Virus record (IMG/VR): IMGVR_UViG_3300029823_000381 | Location: 1 to 55,846 of that record | DNA from: a virus | Taxonomy: Duplodnaviria; Caudoviricetes | Length of the DNA: 55,846 nt | Strand: one strand, 5' to 3' | Shown: one piece after another, positions 1-9,099 of the stretch | Position numbering within the stretch: the first letter of the stretch is position 1 | How the letters are laid out: each line of letters starts with the position of its first letter | Notes under the pieces: model-generated | The model's input: only the letters and a program-made list of their open reading frames with translations | The model's database searches: none | What the model was told of the DNA's origin: nothing | Translations under genes and position numbers: made by a program

Positions 1-1251
1 TTAAATTAATTTTTTATTAAATATATTTGAAAGACCAGTATTTTTAATTCTATTTTGTATTTCTTCTCTGTCTATGGAATATAGACCTTTTTCTTTCATT
101 CTGTTAAAAAATTCTGCACCAGCAAAAGTATACCTATTTTTTCTTCCTTCCTTAGTGTGTATTTTGGAAGTTGCATAGCTTATGATATCTCCAATAGCTG
201 TATTAGTTGGAAGTGTTAGGGTAGGAATATTGAGAGCACATCTTACAGCATTATGACCTGCAAGAGATCCTGTACATATAGCTTCTGTGTGACCTACAAA
301 GAGACCACTTTTTTCTCCACCGCAAAATAAATTGTCTATGCCATTTACTTTTAAGTCTGTAGAAACGGGTGCTATGGAAAGATATCTTATGGAATTCCCT
401 TTCCCTCCAGAATAGGGATCTATAAATTTAACATTTTCTAGTCCTGGTATTTTACGCAGTTTTTCTAAGGGATAATAAGATGTCATTAGCTTTACGTGGC
501 CCGTATCTAGAAGTATTACATTTTGCGCAAATTCCTTTAAAGCATACTGCTGGCATACTTTAGCCTTTAATTTATCCATATTTACATCTTCTTCGGGAAC
601 TTTAAGTACTACTGCGCCTTTTTCCTCAATTTCATGTAAGAGATTTTTGTCTATAGTATCTTTAGCAAGCTTGCAGGAACCACTAAAGGCCCCATAAGTT
701 CCGTCTAATCTCTCTCCGTGAAGATCTTCTACTCCAGCACATTTACTGATACTTATCCTAGGTCCGAAGGAAGGGCATCTAAGTATGCACATGGAACATC
801 CGTTACCGTATTTTATGCAGTTTCCCATAGGACCTGTGGAACCTGTAGTTTCAACAAAGGCATCTGCTTCTTCGTAATCTCCATTTGAGGTGTATATGCC
901 TTTTATTTTAGTTTCTTCCATTTTTACATCTACTACTCTTGATATTAGTTTTAGTTTTATGCCTTTACTTAAAATATATTTTCTAACAGCTGGTTCGATT
1001 TTGTTTACATCATAAAGCCAAGCATGTTTATGACCGGGAAAATCCAAATTTTTGTGTCTGGTAAGACTGTCTGTGATATTTATTAAATCTCCTGCTCCAA
1101 GTGCAGTGATTTCTTCTGCAGCAGTGTATCTGCCGTTATTTCTCATTATACCTCCTACATTTCCTAAGCCAAGTACCATATCGGTTTTTTCATATACGAC
1201 TACATCAGCACCTGCTTTTTTAGCAGACAAAGCTGCCGCACATCCAGACCA
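1..1251 (-). pseudogene. 3' part of host FAD-dependent oxidoreductase (GidA/MnmG-like family), interrupted by the prophage in its N-terminal GxGxxG motif
   Basis: Frame reads WSGCAAALSAKKAGADVVVYEK from 1251, i.e. the second half of a Rossmann GGGWSG motif. Upstream in-frame codons are integrase-end sequence with no start codon and a stop at 1294-1296. Confidence 0.85.
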
Positions 1252-1275
1252 GTTTAAATTACCCCTGTTTTTGAT
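1235..1275. other. Prophage attachment junction; crossover near 1251-1253
   Basis: Host reading frame breaks here; the integrase stop (1254-1256) is 2 nt from the Trp codon at 1249-1251. Confidence 0.7.
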
Positions 1276-2798
1276 ATGGTAATATTTAAAGAATTAGTAT
1301 CATAATCATATACTATTTCTTCTACTATATTTTTTATATAAATTCTTCTTAAGTCATTATCAGAAGTATTAAGTACTTTTTTTATATTATCATATAGTGC
1401 ATCTACATTATTTTTATTTAGGTTGTTTAATAATTTTTCTCTTTGCAATTTCAATAAATTTTCTTTTAATATGTTATTAGCTTGAGTTAGATCTTCAATT
1501 TTTACCATTAATAATTTTGAAGCATCATTTGACATCAAGGCTAATTTGTCAACTAAATTATTAATCGAAGTATCATTTGACTTAATCTTTTTATTTATAA
1601 GTTTAACTTCTTGATCTACACTTTTAGTACTAGTAGATTGACTTAAATAGTCCTTTAAATAATTTTTGTCTAGAAATTTTTCTAAAAACAGTAAGAAGTC
1701 TTCTTCAGCGTAATCAACTCTCAAATGCTTACCAGGGCATCCTATACCATTCCACTTATTTGCACAAATAAAATAATATTTTTGAGAAACTTTTTTCCTT
1801 GGAGCACCTGGTTTTAAAAGCATATGCCCACCACATTTACATTTTATAAGTCCACCAGATAGAAAAGAATAGCTACTTTCGTGTGGATGAGGGGCGACTG
1901 TTTTCTCTTTTAATTTTTCTTGAACCTTTATCCATAAGTCTAAGTCCACGATAGGTTCATGAATTGATATACTAACAAATTTACTTATATCATTCCATGA
2001 CTTCTTGCCATTAGTTTTAGGCCTACGATTATAAGGTAAAAAACCGCAATTATTGGGTTCACCATATACAGTATATCCTTTACTTTCTAGGTATTGAATA
2101 GAATGTTTTGTTGATTTAAGATATGTTGGATTTACTAATATATTTGATATCGTTTTGTTTGGATATTTTTTACCCTTAGCCTTGAAATTTTGACTTATTT
2201 TATACATTGAAAGGCCTAGAGCATATTCTGTAAATATTTCTTTTATATCTTTTGCCTCATCCTCTATAAGTTCTAAATGAGTTATATTTTTACCATTTTC
2301 TTTAACACGTTTTGCTTTATATCCTTTAGGGGGAGTGCCACCACTCCAGTGACCCATTTTGGCAAGTTCTTTCATGTTATCTTTTACTCTTTGCGCTATG
2401 TTCATTCTTTCCATTTCAGCAAAGGACGCTAAAAGCATCATCATCATTTTACCAACTGGGGTAGAAGGGTCAAAACCTTCAGTAATGCTTATTAATTTAA
2501 TGTTTAGTTTGTCTAGTTCGTCATATACGTTCACAAAGTCTACTATATTACGAGCTATACGATCTATTTTGTAAACGGCTATTATATCAAATTGTTTAAT
2601 TTTAGCCAATTCCATCATCCTCTGAAAAGAAGGTCTGTTTATATTACTTCCTGAAAACCCTTCATCTTCAAATATTTCAAACTTACATTCTTCATTTTGT
2701 CGTTTAAAATATTGCTTACATATAGTTATCTGATTCTTTATGCTTTCACCTGTATCTGTTTCTACAGATTTACGACTATATATTGCTATCCTTAACAT
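1254..2798 (-). CDS. Large serine recombinase (integrase)
   Basis: YSRKS catalytic motif, DEGFSG..RP, DRIAR, recombinase domain, C-x-C...C...C zinc ribbon and coiled coil. Confidence 0.95.
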   Translation of the reverse strand: MLRIAIYSRKSVETDTGESIKNQITICKQYFKRQNEECKFEIFEDEGFSGSNINRPSFQRMMELAKIKQFDIIAVYKIDRIARNIVDFVNVYDELDKLNIKLISITEGFDPSTPVGKMMMMLLASFAEMERMNIAQRVKDNMKELAKMGHWSGGTPPKGYKAKRVKENGKNITHLELIEDEAKDIKEIFTEYALGLSMYKISQNFKAKGKKYPNKTISNILVNPTYLKSTKHSIQYLESKGYTVYGEPNNCGFLPYNRRPKTNGKKSWNDISKFVSISIHEPIVDLDLWIKVQEKLKEKTVAPHPHESSYSFLSGGLIKCKCGGHMLLKPGAPRKKVSQKYYFICANKWNGIGCPGKHLRVDYAEEDFLLFLEKFLDKNYLKDYLSQSTSTKSVDQEVKLINKKIKSNDTSINNLVDKLALMSNDASKLLMVKIEDLTQANNILKENLLKLQREKLLNNLNKNNVDALYDNIKKVLNTSDNDLRRIYIKNIVEEIVYDYDTNSLNITISKTGVI

Positions 2799-2933
2799 AA
2801 AACCACCTCTCTATATAATAATAAGAGGTAAAATAAATACCCCTGCTTCTATTTTCCAGCTATATCTTTATAACTTATAATTGCCTGTATTCCCTTGCCT
2901 TTTTTACGATAAGTTATATTATAGTTCATTTAA

Positions 2934-3203
2934 TCATTCCTTTCTTTTATAAAAGCTCTTATACCTATGTGAACAACAGTACCTACATTTAAAGTCACAG
3001 CATTTTATATCATAACAATTTACAAATAAAGCCTTAGTACATACATCTAAATGCATTGCTATTTTAGCCAGTTTTGGTAAATCTACATGTTTAATATTTC
3101 TCTCTATATCATTTAATTGTGTTTTAGAGATTCCGGTAAGAGTAGCAAGTGCTCTTACTGATAATCCCTTTTTTTCTCTATATTTTTTAATTAATAACTG
3201 CAT
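2934..3203 (-). CDS. XRE-family HTH regulator with Cys-rich C-terminal tail
   Basis: IKKYREKKGLSVRALATLTGISKTQLNDIERN HTH; tail CYDIKCCDFKCRYCCSH; ATG at 3203 after a GGGGTG RBS. Confidence 0.8.
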   Translation of the reverse strand: MQLLIKKYREKKGLSVRALATLTGISKTQLNDIERNIKHVDLPKLAKIAMHLDVCTKALFVNCYDIKCCDFKCRYCCSHRYKSFYKRKE

Positions 3204-3325
3204 AATACACCCCAATTTGACATATTTTTTACAATTATTATTTTACTTTAAAACTTTAAATTAAAATAGTGGTAAATGTTTACAAGTATATATACATGGA
3301 AGAATATAGTCGAACGAATTATTTA

Positions 3326-3348
3326 CTTGTCCGCAAATAGCGGACAAG
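3326..3348. promoter_or_regulatory. Palindromic operator CTTGTCCGC-N5-GCGGACAAG
   Basis: Perfect 9-bp GC-rich inverted repeat in AT-rich DNA between divergent small genes. Confidence 0.65.
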
Positions 3349-3387
3349 AGTGGCATTATAATATACTTAAAGGAAAGGGGTACTGTA

Positions 3388-3537
3388 ATGCAAGACATAA
3401 AATCTAACATAATAAAAAATATTGAATTTATAGAAAGTGTTATGAGAAAATACGGTTTAGAAACTCTTAATTTAGATTTATTTATTTCAGAGATCATAAA
3501 GAAAGTAGACAAACTTAACCATCTTTCTTCTTTATGA
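3388..3537 (+). CDS. Small hypothetical protein (49 aa, MQDIKSNIIKNIEFIESVMRKYG...)
   Basis: AAGGGG RBS then ATG; below the ORF-track size cutoff; convergent with the repressor. Confidence 0.5.
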   Translation: MQDIKSNIIKNIEFIESVMRKYGLETLNLDLFISEIIKKVDKLNHLSSL

Positions 3538-3931
3538 TATTCTCTAGTTTTGACTGTAAAGCTATTGATTCCATTACTAATTTCTGTACTTGAGAAGACA
3601 TACCACCATTCTTATCAATTAGTCCTTTTTCTATTAGTAACTTTACAGCCAATGCAGAAATTGGTATTTCTGTTTTAGGGGCATTTCTATATACCTCCTC
3701 TATTGCCTCTTGGGGCGTAGTTTCTTTATTACTAGGTTCATATAATCTATTTACAGGTACGCTCAAGGCAGTAGCTATTTTTTCCATCATTTTTGCAGAC
3801 GGATTCTTTCTTAATCCTCGTTCTAATTTAGATATATAGTCATTTGTGGACCCTATCATTTCTGAAAGTTGTATTTGAGTTAAACCTTTTTCTATACGCA
3901 AATTACGAATGTTTTTACTAATAGAACTCAT
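3515..3931 (-). CDS. CI-like immunity repressor (XRE HTH, no peptidase domain)
   Basis: IRNLRIEKGLTQIQLSEMIG..YISKLERG..NPS; divergent from the early operon. Confidence 0.85.
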   Translation of the reverse strand: MSSISKNIRNLRIEKGLTQIQLSEMIGSTNDYISKLERGLRKNPSAKMMEKIATALSVPVNRLYEPSNKETTPQEAIEEVYRNAPKTEIPISALAVKLLIEKGLIDKNGGMSSQVQKLVMESIALQSKLENIIKKKDG

Positions 3932-4044
3932 CCAACCAACTCCTTTTTATGTCTATTAGTCATAAAATATGATATCACAATTTAAATGAATTTAAAAGGC
4001 AATTGAAGATAAAAAGAGAAAATAGAAGCATTATCTATTTATTT

Positions 4045-4097
4045 TAATACATTAGTCTTAAAAATAGTTTTACTATTTAAGACTAATGTATTATTAT
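4045..4097 (+). promoter_or_regulatory. Early lytic promoter (TTTACT-17-TATTAT) overlapped by an 18-bp perfect inverted repeat (probable repressor operators)
   Basis: TAATACATTAGTCTTAAA (4045-4062) / TTTAAGACTAATGTATTA (4076-4093); related site ATTAGTCATAAA near 3955-3966. Confidence 0.7.
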
Positions 4098-4246
4098 ATA
4101 AATGTACTAAGGAGATATACAAAATGATAAAAAAGAGGAATGATACAAGCTGATATTTATTAAGAACTTAACTTACAAAAGGAGGTATACACAAATGATT
4201 ATTTTAAAAGGAGTGAAAATAGAAACATGATAGGAGGGTTGAGATT

Positions 4247-4447
4247 GTGAGAATTTTTTTCAAATGCCCATATTGTGGTAGGAAATTAGCTATCATAGAT
4301 AGTACTAAAAAAATTCAAGGTGTATTTCTTAAGTGTGGGAAATGCAAACGAGAAGTTGAAATAAAAAATATCGAGAGCCAGAATCCAGAGGCCAGAGTTC
4401 AAGAAACCAGAGCCCAGAGATCAGAGCCATTAGCCGATACAGGTTGA
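4247..4447 (+). CDS. Com-like zinc-ribbon protein (first gene of the early operon)
   Basis: CPYCGRKL...IQGVFLKCGKCKREVEI pattern; GGAGGG RBS, GTG start. Confidence 0.75.
   Translation: MRIFFKCPYCGRKLAIIDSTKKIQGVFLKCGKCKREVEIKNIESQNPEARVQETRAQRSEPLADTG
4373..4429 (+). repeat. About 7-nt tandem repeats, consensus CAGAGNC
   Basis: CAGAG at 4386, 4393, 4408, 4415 and 4422; variants at 4379 and 4400. Confidence 0.85.
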
Positions 4448-4476
4448 TTGTATCGAGCCAATGGCTCTTTTATTTT
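4423..4476 (+). terminator. Intrinsic terminator/attenuator inside the early operon
   Basis: AGAGCCATT..CGATACA / TGTATCG..AATGGCTCT stem followed by a T-rich tract. Confidence 0.8.
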
Positions 4477-4498
4477 GCTGGAAAGGAGATACGGTTAT

Positions 4499-4702
4499 AT
4501 GAGTTTTAAAGAACTATGTAGAAAGAATGGATTTACCCTTACTGAAGTAGCACAAAAAGCTAATACTACAGTAGATTATTTATCAAAGCTAAATAGAGGA
4601 AAAAGAAAAAACCCTACTTGGCAGTTTGTAAATAAAGTTGCGTCTATTCTAGGGGTATCAGAAAGTGAAGTTGGAAAAGCGATAACAAAGGAGGATAAGT
4701 AA
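4499..4702 (+). CDS. Cro-like HTH regulator
   Basis: GFTLTEVAQKANTTVDYLSKLNRGKRKNPT; AAGGAG RBS before ATG 4499. Confidence 0.8.
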   Translation: MSFKELCRKNGFTLTEVAQKANTTVDYLSKLNRGKRKNPTWQFVNKVASILGVSESEVGKAITKEDK

Positions 4703-4704
4703 TA

Positions 4705-4877
4705 ATGAATAATTTAATAACAATCAAGATTTACAAGTAAAAGAGTTCAATGGACAAAGAGTAGTAAATTTCAAAGATATTGATATATTATATGAAAGAC
4801 CAGCAGGAACGGCTAAGAGGAATTTCAATGAAAATAAATATAATTCTGACAGAACAGGCAAGCTAATTTATCTGTAA
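4705..4877 (+). pseudogene. Frameshifted, truncated ORF6N-type antirepressor remnant
   Basis: ATG frame stops after 11 codons; the adjacent frame reads NNQDLQVKEFNGQRVVNFKDIDILYERPAGTAKRNFNENK. Confidence 0.7.
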
Positions 4878-4931
4878 CCAAAATTACTTTTTTGAATAAT
4901 ATGATAGTAGCACTTTAAATGGAGGTTATCC

Positions 4932-5093
4932 ATGAAAAAAGAAAGAGAAAGATTAAAAATTGTAGTTACAAACCCAGAAGAAATTCCAGCAGCAAAAAAA
5001 AGATTTACAAAACTATTTTGTGAGTTAAATAGGGACAAGATACTTAAATGTATTGAAGATTTAAAAAACAGTGAAATTAAAGAGACAGAATAA
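4932..5093 (+). CDS. Small hypothetical protein (53 aa)
   Basis: GGAGG RBS; MKKERERLKIVVTNPEEIPAAKKRF... Confidence 0.65.
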   Translation: MKKERERLKIVVTNPEEIPAAKKRFTKLFCELNRDKILKCIEDLKNSEIKETE

Positions 5094-5143
5094 TTAGTAG
5101 CACTGAAAAACCTATAAAAAATTAGAACAAAGGAGATGAGAAA

Positions 5144-5950
5144 GTGAGCAACTTAATGATTATTTCAAATCCATCAAAAATTAAATCCACAGAGCTTGTT
5201 GATATTATTAATGAGTTCAGAAAAGCAGAAGGTAATAACGCAGAATTACAACATAATGATTTTATGAAGAAAATCAGAAAAGAAGTTGAAATACTGAAAA
5301 ATCTAGGCTTAGAAGGACAGGGAAATTTTTCGCAGTCGTCATATGTTAATTCACAGAACAAAGAACAGCCGTGTTTTGAGCTTAACCGTGATGGAATGCT
5401 TCAAATGTTAAATAGTGAATCAGCTTATGTAAGATATAAAACTATTGAGTATATTAATAAGCTAGAAGAAAAGCTTAAATGTCCTAAAGATAGCTACATG
5501 ATAGAAGATCCAATAGAAAGGGCTAAAGTCTGGATAAAAGAGCAGGAAGAAAAGAAACAATTGGAACTTGCTAACAGACAAAAAGATCAGTTGATAGGAG
5601 AACTTAAACCAAAGGCAGATTACACAGATTCAATTCTTAAAAACCCAGGATTAGTTACTATAACTCAAATAGCCGCAGATTATGGATTGAGTGGTGTAGC
5701 AATGAATAAATTGTTACATGATTTAAAAGTACAGTACAAGCAAAGTGGACAATGGCTTTTATATTCACAGCATAAGGGCAAAGGATATACTCATTCACAA
5801 ACCACTGATATTGTCCATAAGGATGGTAGACCAGATGTAAAAATGAACACCAAATGGACACAGAAAGGCAGATTGTTTCTTTATGACTTGTTAAAAGAAA
5901 ATGGGATATTACCAGTTATAGAACAGGATGTTAAGGAGAAAACAGTTTAA
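5144..5950 (+). CDS. Phage antirepressor (Rha-like N-terminus + KilAC/ANT C-terminus)
   Basis: SSYVNSQNKEQPCFEL; LKPKADYTDSIL..TITQIAADYG..TKWTQKGRLFLY. Confidence 0.9.
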   Translation: MSNLMIISNPSKIKSTELVDIINEFRKAEGNNAELQHNDFMKKIRKEVEILKNLGLEGQGNFSQSSYVNSQNKEQPCFELNRDGMLQMLNSESAYVRYKTIEYINKLEEKLKCPKDSYMIEDPIERAKVWIKEQEEKKQLELANRQKDQLIGELKPKADYTDSILKNPGLVTITQIAADYGLSGVAMNKLLHDLKVQYKQSGQWLLYSQHKGKGYTHSQTTDIVHKDGRPDVKMNTKWTQKGRLFLYDLLKENGILPVIEQDVKEKTV

Positions 5951-5990
5951 TGCATTTAGTGTACAAGCTATATGAAAGAAGGTGAAATGA

Positions 5991-6347
5991 ATGGATAGCT
6001 CAAATTGGAGCAACTATACAAAAGTTTATACTTTTAGAGATTGCTTTGATATATTCCAAGTTGAAGGTGAAGTTAAGCAGATTAATAACCTTATAAAAAA
6101 TGGTTGCTTGCTTACTACAGATGCATTAAGTGTATCAACCTTAGTAGATCATTTAAATGCATGTAAAAACCCTGATACGGGAGAAATGGTTCTATGCTTT
6201 TACAAAGGGAAAACAGAGATAGCTACGATAGATACTTATGATTTCAAGGAAGTACAATTGCAATTTGAAATTGAAGAAAATATTGAAACTAAGGAATTTA
6301 AATTACACTATTGCTATATTAAACCATTCAAAGAATATCAAATTTAG
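5991..6347 (+). CDS. Hypothetical phage protein
   Basis: ORF with RBS in operon. Confidence 0.65.
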   Translation: MDSSNWSNYTKVYTFRDCFDIFQVEGEVKQINNLIKNGCLLTTDALSVSTLVDHLNACKNPDTGEMVLCFYKGKTEIATIDTYDFKEVQLQFEIEENIETKEFKLHYCYIKPFKEYQI

Positions 6348-6359
6348 GAGGTGAAATAG

Positions 6360-6566
6360 ATGGATGATAAAAAAAGAGTTGCTCCAGAAGTATCAGTTCA
6401 AGAGCAACCTAGAGAAAAAGTAGAATACGTTGAAAAACGTGAAATCAAGCAAAAGATAATTCATCTTTTTGCTATGAAAAATCTTACAATAGGTCAATGT
6501 AAAGAAATTCTTACAGAAATATCTTTTGATTTTGAAAATTGTATACCCTGGAAACAACAGAATTAA
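6360..6566 (+). CDS. Hypothetical phage protein
   Basis: GGAGGTG RBS. Confidence 0.65.
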   Translation: MDDKKRVAPEVSVQEQPREKVEYVEKREIKQKIIHLFAMKNLTIGQCKEILTEISFDFENCIPWKQQN

Positions 6567-6796
6567 TCTGTGAATGAAAATTTCCAAGTAGTAATATCCT
6601 CTCCTAACTCATTAAAACCTGTAACTGATTTATTTGCTTTATCAAGTGATTCTATAGCTATTTTTAAATTACTTAAAGCTTCATCAGGAAACTCGGTATC
6701 ACAGTTAGGACAAACAACTTTTGATTTTTGAGAAATATTTTTATCTGTTACAAAAAAAGTTTCTCTACAGTTGTTACAAGTAAAATTGATTTTCAT
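6563..6796 (-). CDS. Zinc-ribbon accessory (moron) protein, opposite to operon
   Basis: CNNC...CPNC; own RBS and SigH-like promoter. Confidence 0.7.
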   Translation of the reverse strand: MKINFTCNNCRETFFVTDKNISQKSKVVCPNCDTEFPDEALSNLKIAIESLDKANKSVTGFNELGEDITTWKFSFTD

Positions 6797-6821
6797 ATGT
6801 ATCATCACCTTTCTAGGTGAT

Positions 6822-6849
6822 AATTCTACAAAATAATGTAAAAACCTTT
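6822..6849 (-). promoter_or_regulatory. SigH-like promoter (AGG-N18-GAAT)
   Basis: AAAGGTTTTTACATTATTTTGTAGAATT on the minus strand. Confidence 0.55.
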
Positions 6850-7035
6850 AGGAAAATATGTAAAACTAAGGAGGATTTAGAGTGGAGGGATTAAAAGGCA
6901 TCATAAAAATTTTAAAAGATAGTTTCTATCGTTGTTATAGAGCCTTTGGACTATATGATGAGAGAACACAACATGAATATGATTTATGGAAAGATACTGC
7001 AATAGGAGCTATGGAGGAAAAAGGAGGAATGAAGC

Positions 7036-7458
7036 ATGGATTATAGCTGGTATATAACTCCAGAAGAATATGAGAAGGCAGAAGCAAACGGCATATGTAG
7101 AAGTACATTAGAGAACAGAATACGAAGAAGTGGCTGGAGCAAAAGTAGAGCAATTAATACTCCAGTAAAAGGACACGATACATGGTCACCAGAACTTATG
7201 GAACTTTTAATTAAAAATCATATTCCATTAGGAACTTTCACAAGTAGAATTTATAGACTAGGTTGGGATAAAGTTAGAGCGGCTACTACTCCCCCTAAAG
7301 TTAAAAGAAAAGCAACTCCACATAAGTATGATGGGTATTTAAGAATTGCACAAGAAAATGGGATTCGTTTAAATACTTTTAAAAATCGAATTAATAACTT
7401 AGGGTGGGATGCAGAAAAAGCAGCAACAACTCCAATTAGAAGCAGGGTAAAAGTATGA
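7036..7458 (+). CDS. Repeat-domain phage protein (PVL ORF50-like), paralog of 13148..13630
   Basis: YITPEEYEKAEANGI; three NxI...RI..GW...A..TP units. Confidence 0.75.
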   Translation: MDYSWYITPEEYEKAEANGICRSTLENRIRRSGWSKSRAINTPVKGHDTWSPELMELLIKNHIPLGTFTSRIYRLGWDKVRAATTPPKVKRKATPHKYDGYLRIAQENGIRLNTFKNRINNLGWDAEKAATTPIRSRVKV

Positions 7459-7613
7459 CGCCAACAGGAGCAATGATACTTGGTATATATAGCTTGATAG
7501 TTACTATTGCATTAGTGGTAAAAGACTTTATAGAAATGGTTAAAGGGGAATCTAATGGCTGGACACTTATATTGTTGATTTTAGTTGTTATTTATCTGGT
7601 AAATGTAATTTGA
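7455..7613 (+). CDS. Small two-TM membrane protein (52 aa)
   Basis: ATGA overlap with upstream stop; two hydrophobic stretches. Confidence 0.55.
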   Translation: MTPTGAMILGIYSLIVTIALVVKDFIEMVKGESNGWTLILLILVVIYLVNVI

Positions 7614-7624
7614 AAGGAGAGAAA

Positions 7625-7849
7625 ATGAGTAAAAGATTTACACCTGGATTGAAATATACATTTACTAAGAAAAAATATATCCAGGACATGGGAAGAAAGG
7701 ATTATAAAAAGCATAAAGAATGGGTTAATAGCTTAAATGGTGGACAAGTTAAACCGATAGTTGCAAGTTACTTTCTTGGATCTGTTAGAGGACATTCTGT
7801 AGTTGCTACTTGGTGTAAATGTATAGGGAGGTTGAATGATGAAAACTAA
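7625..7849 (+). CDS. Hypothetical phage protein
   Basis: AAGGAG RBS. Confidence 0.6.
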   Translation: MSKRFTPGLKYTFTKKKYIQDMGRKDYKKHKEWVNSLNGGQVKPIVASYFLGSVRGHSVVATWCKCIGRLNDEN

Positions 7850-7947
7850 GAAAATGGTTGAATTAGAGAAAGAGAATAAATTGCTTAAGGAGTTGTTACA
7901 AGAAGGATTGGAACTTTTAGAGGTTGCTTGCAAAAGGAGTGTGAAGG

Positions 7948-8421
7948 ATGCAAAGAGAGACTAAATTTAGAGCGTGGGATAAGTTAGAGAAAAGAATGGG
8001 TGAAGTAAATTATATTAAATATAGCAATGTACAGTATACGTATGTTTCTGCCAGATTCAAGCAAAAAGAAAAGGTTGTTGATGAAGGATTTAATTACGGA
8101 GATAAAAATGGTTGCGATAATGTAATTTTAATGCAATATACAGGCATCAGAGATAAGAATGGTGTAGAGATATACGAAGGAGACATTATACATTGGAAAA
8201 CTGATATAAATAATAAATATCTTGGAAATTTTAAAGTAGAAGAAGATGAAATAGTAGAGTGGAGCAAAGAAGAATTAAAGTGGATTGTTAGAGAAAAAGG
8301 AGCAAGTGCATTTGATGAATTGAAAGATTTAACCGACTATGATTTTGAGGTTATAGGAAATATATATGAAAATCCAGAGCTTTTGAAAGAAGCAAATAAG
8401 CTTAGAAATGAAGACTTTTAG
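7948..8421 (+). CDS. YopX-family protein
   Basis: KFRAWDK, LMQYTGIRDKNGVEIYEGDII, EVIGNIYENPELL. Confidence 0.9.
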   Translation: MQRETKFRAWDKLEKRMGEVNYIKYSNVQYTYVSARFKQKEKVVDEGFNYGDKNGCDNVILMQYTGIRDKNGVEIYEGDIIHWKTDINNKYLGNFKVEEDEIVEWSKEELKWIVREKGASAFDELKDLTDYDFEVIGNIYENPELLKEANKLRNEDF

Positions 8422-8435
8422 AAAGGGGAAATTAA

Positions 8436-8663
8436 ATGAAAGAATCTGTAAAAATAAAGAGAAGTAGAAAGTGTAGCAAGTGTTCAATATGTGATAATAA
8501 TAAAAATGTTAAGATACTTAGCGTTGCAACTAAAAAGGGAATTATTTCAATTACATTATGTAGAGATTGTAGAGAAGAAATGATGCTTAAATTTGAAGAT
8601 GAAGTTATAGAAGAATTTGAACGAAGTTCATTGAAAGAAGAATTTGACTTAATGGGAAGGTGA
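8436..8663 (+). CDS. Small Cys-containing hypothetical protein
   Basis: CSIC...LCRDC. Confidence 0.6.
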   Translation: MKESVKIKRSRKCSKCSICDNNKNVKILSVATKKGIISITLCRDCREEMMLKFEDEVIEEFERSSLKEEFDLMGR

Positions 8664-8667
8664 TTAA

Positions 8668-8856
8668 ATGAGCAATGAAGGTTTTACTATTAAATGCAAT
8701 AAATGTGGCAAAGTTATTCAGCTAGCAAATAAAAAGAACAAGAAATGGAAATTTAGAGAGCTTGTTATTAATAAAAAAGGAATTGAATTTAAAACAGATA
8801 ATTGTAATGAAGATGCTTCTATAAAATGTGAATGCGGGAATATCTTAATATTTTAA
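8668..8856 (+). CDS. Small zinc-ribbon protein
   Basis: CNKCG...CECGN. Confidence 0.65.
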   Translation: MSNEGFTIKCNKCGKVIQLANKKNKKWKFRELVINKKGIEFKTDNCNEDASIKCECGNILIF

Positions 8857-8871
8857 AGAAGGTGATAAAAA

Positions 8872-9096
8872 ATGCTTTGTCCTTTAAGTGATTGTCCATT
8901 AGGACTAAAAGGTGATTTATGTTGTATCTACTGTAAAGAAAAAGAAAGAGGTTGTCCTGAAGCTTGTGAAAAGAGAAATAAAAGTTGCGCAGGTATTGAT
9001 AGAGATGAGGTTTACTGCAAGATAACAGGGGAGACGGTAACGCAGGATATTGCCACTATTACAAGATCACAAGTTAGAAATTTATTGGAGGGATAG
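8872..9096 (+). CDS. Cys-rich hypothetical protein
   Basis: Multiple Cys; RBS. Confidence 0.6.
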   Translation: MLCPLSDCPLGLKGDLCCIYCKEKERGCPEACEKRNKSCAGIDRDEVYCKITGETVTQDIATITRSQVRNLLEG

Positions 9097-9099
9097 GAT

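Noticed and set aside
1-1230. 409-aa ORF as an intact gene starting at TTG 1230
   Set aside because: No RBS, and the family-like sequence continues upstream to 1251; it is a truncated fragment.
3261-3512. 83-aa minus-strand ORF in the track
   Set aside because: No convincing RBS and it runs across the palindromic operator; the plus-strand ORF 3388..3537 is better supported.
4373-4429. Repeats as a mini-CRISPR array
   Set aside because: Units are about 7 nt with no spacers. I saw no CRISPR-sized repeat-spacer array in the window.
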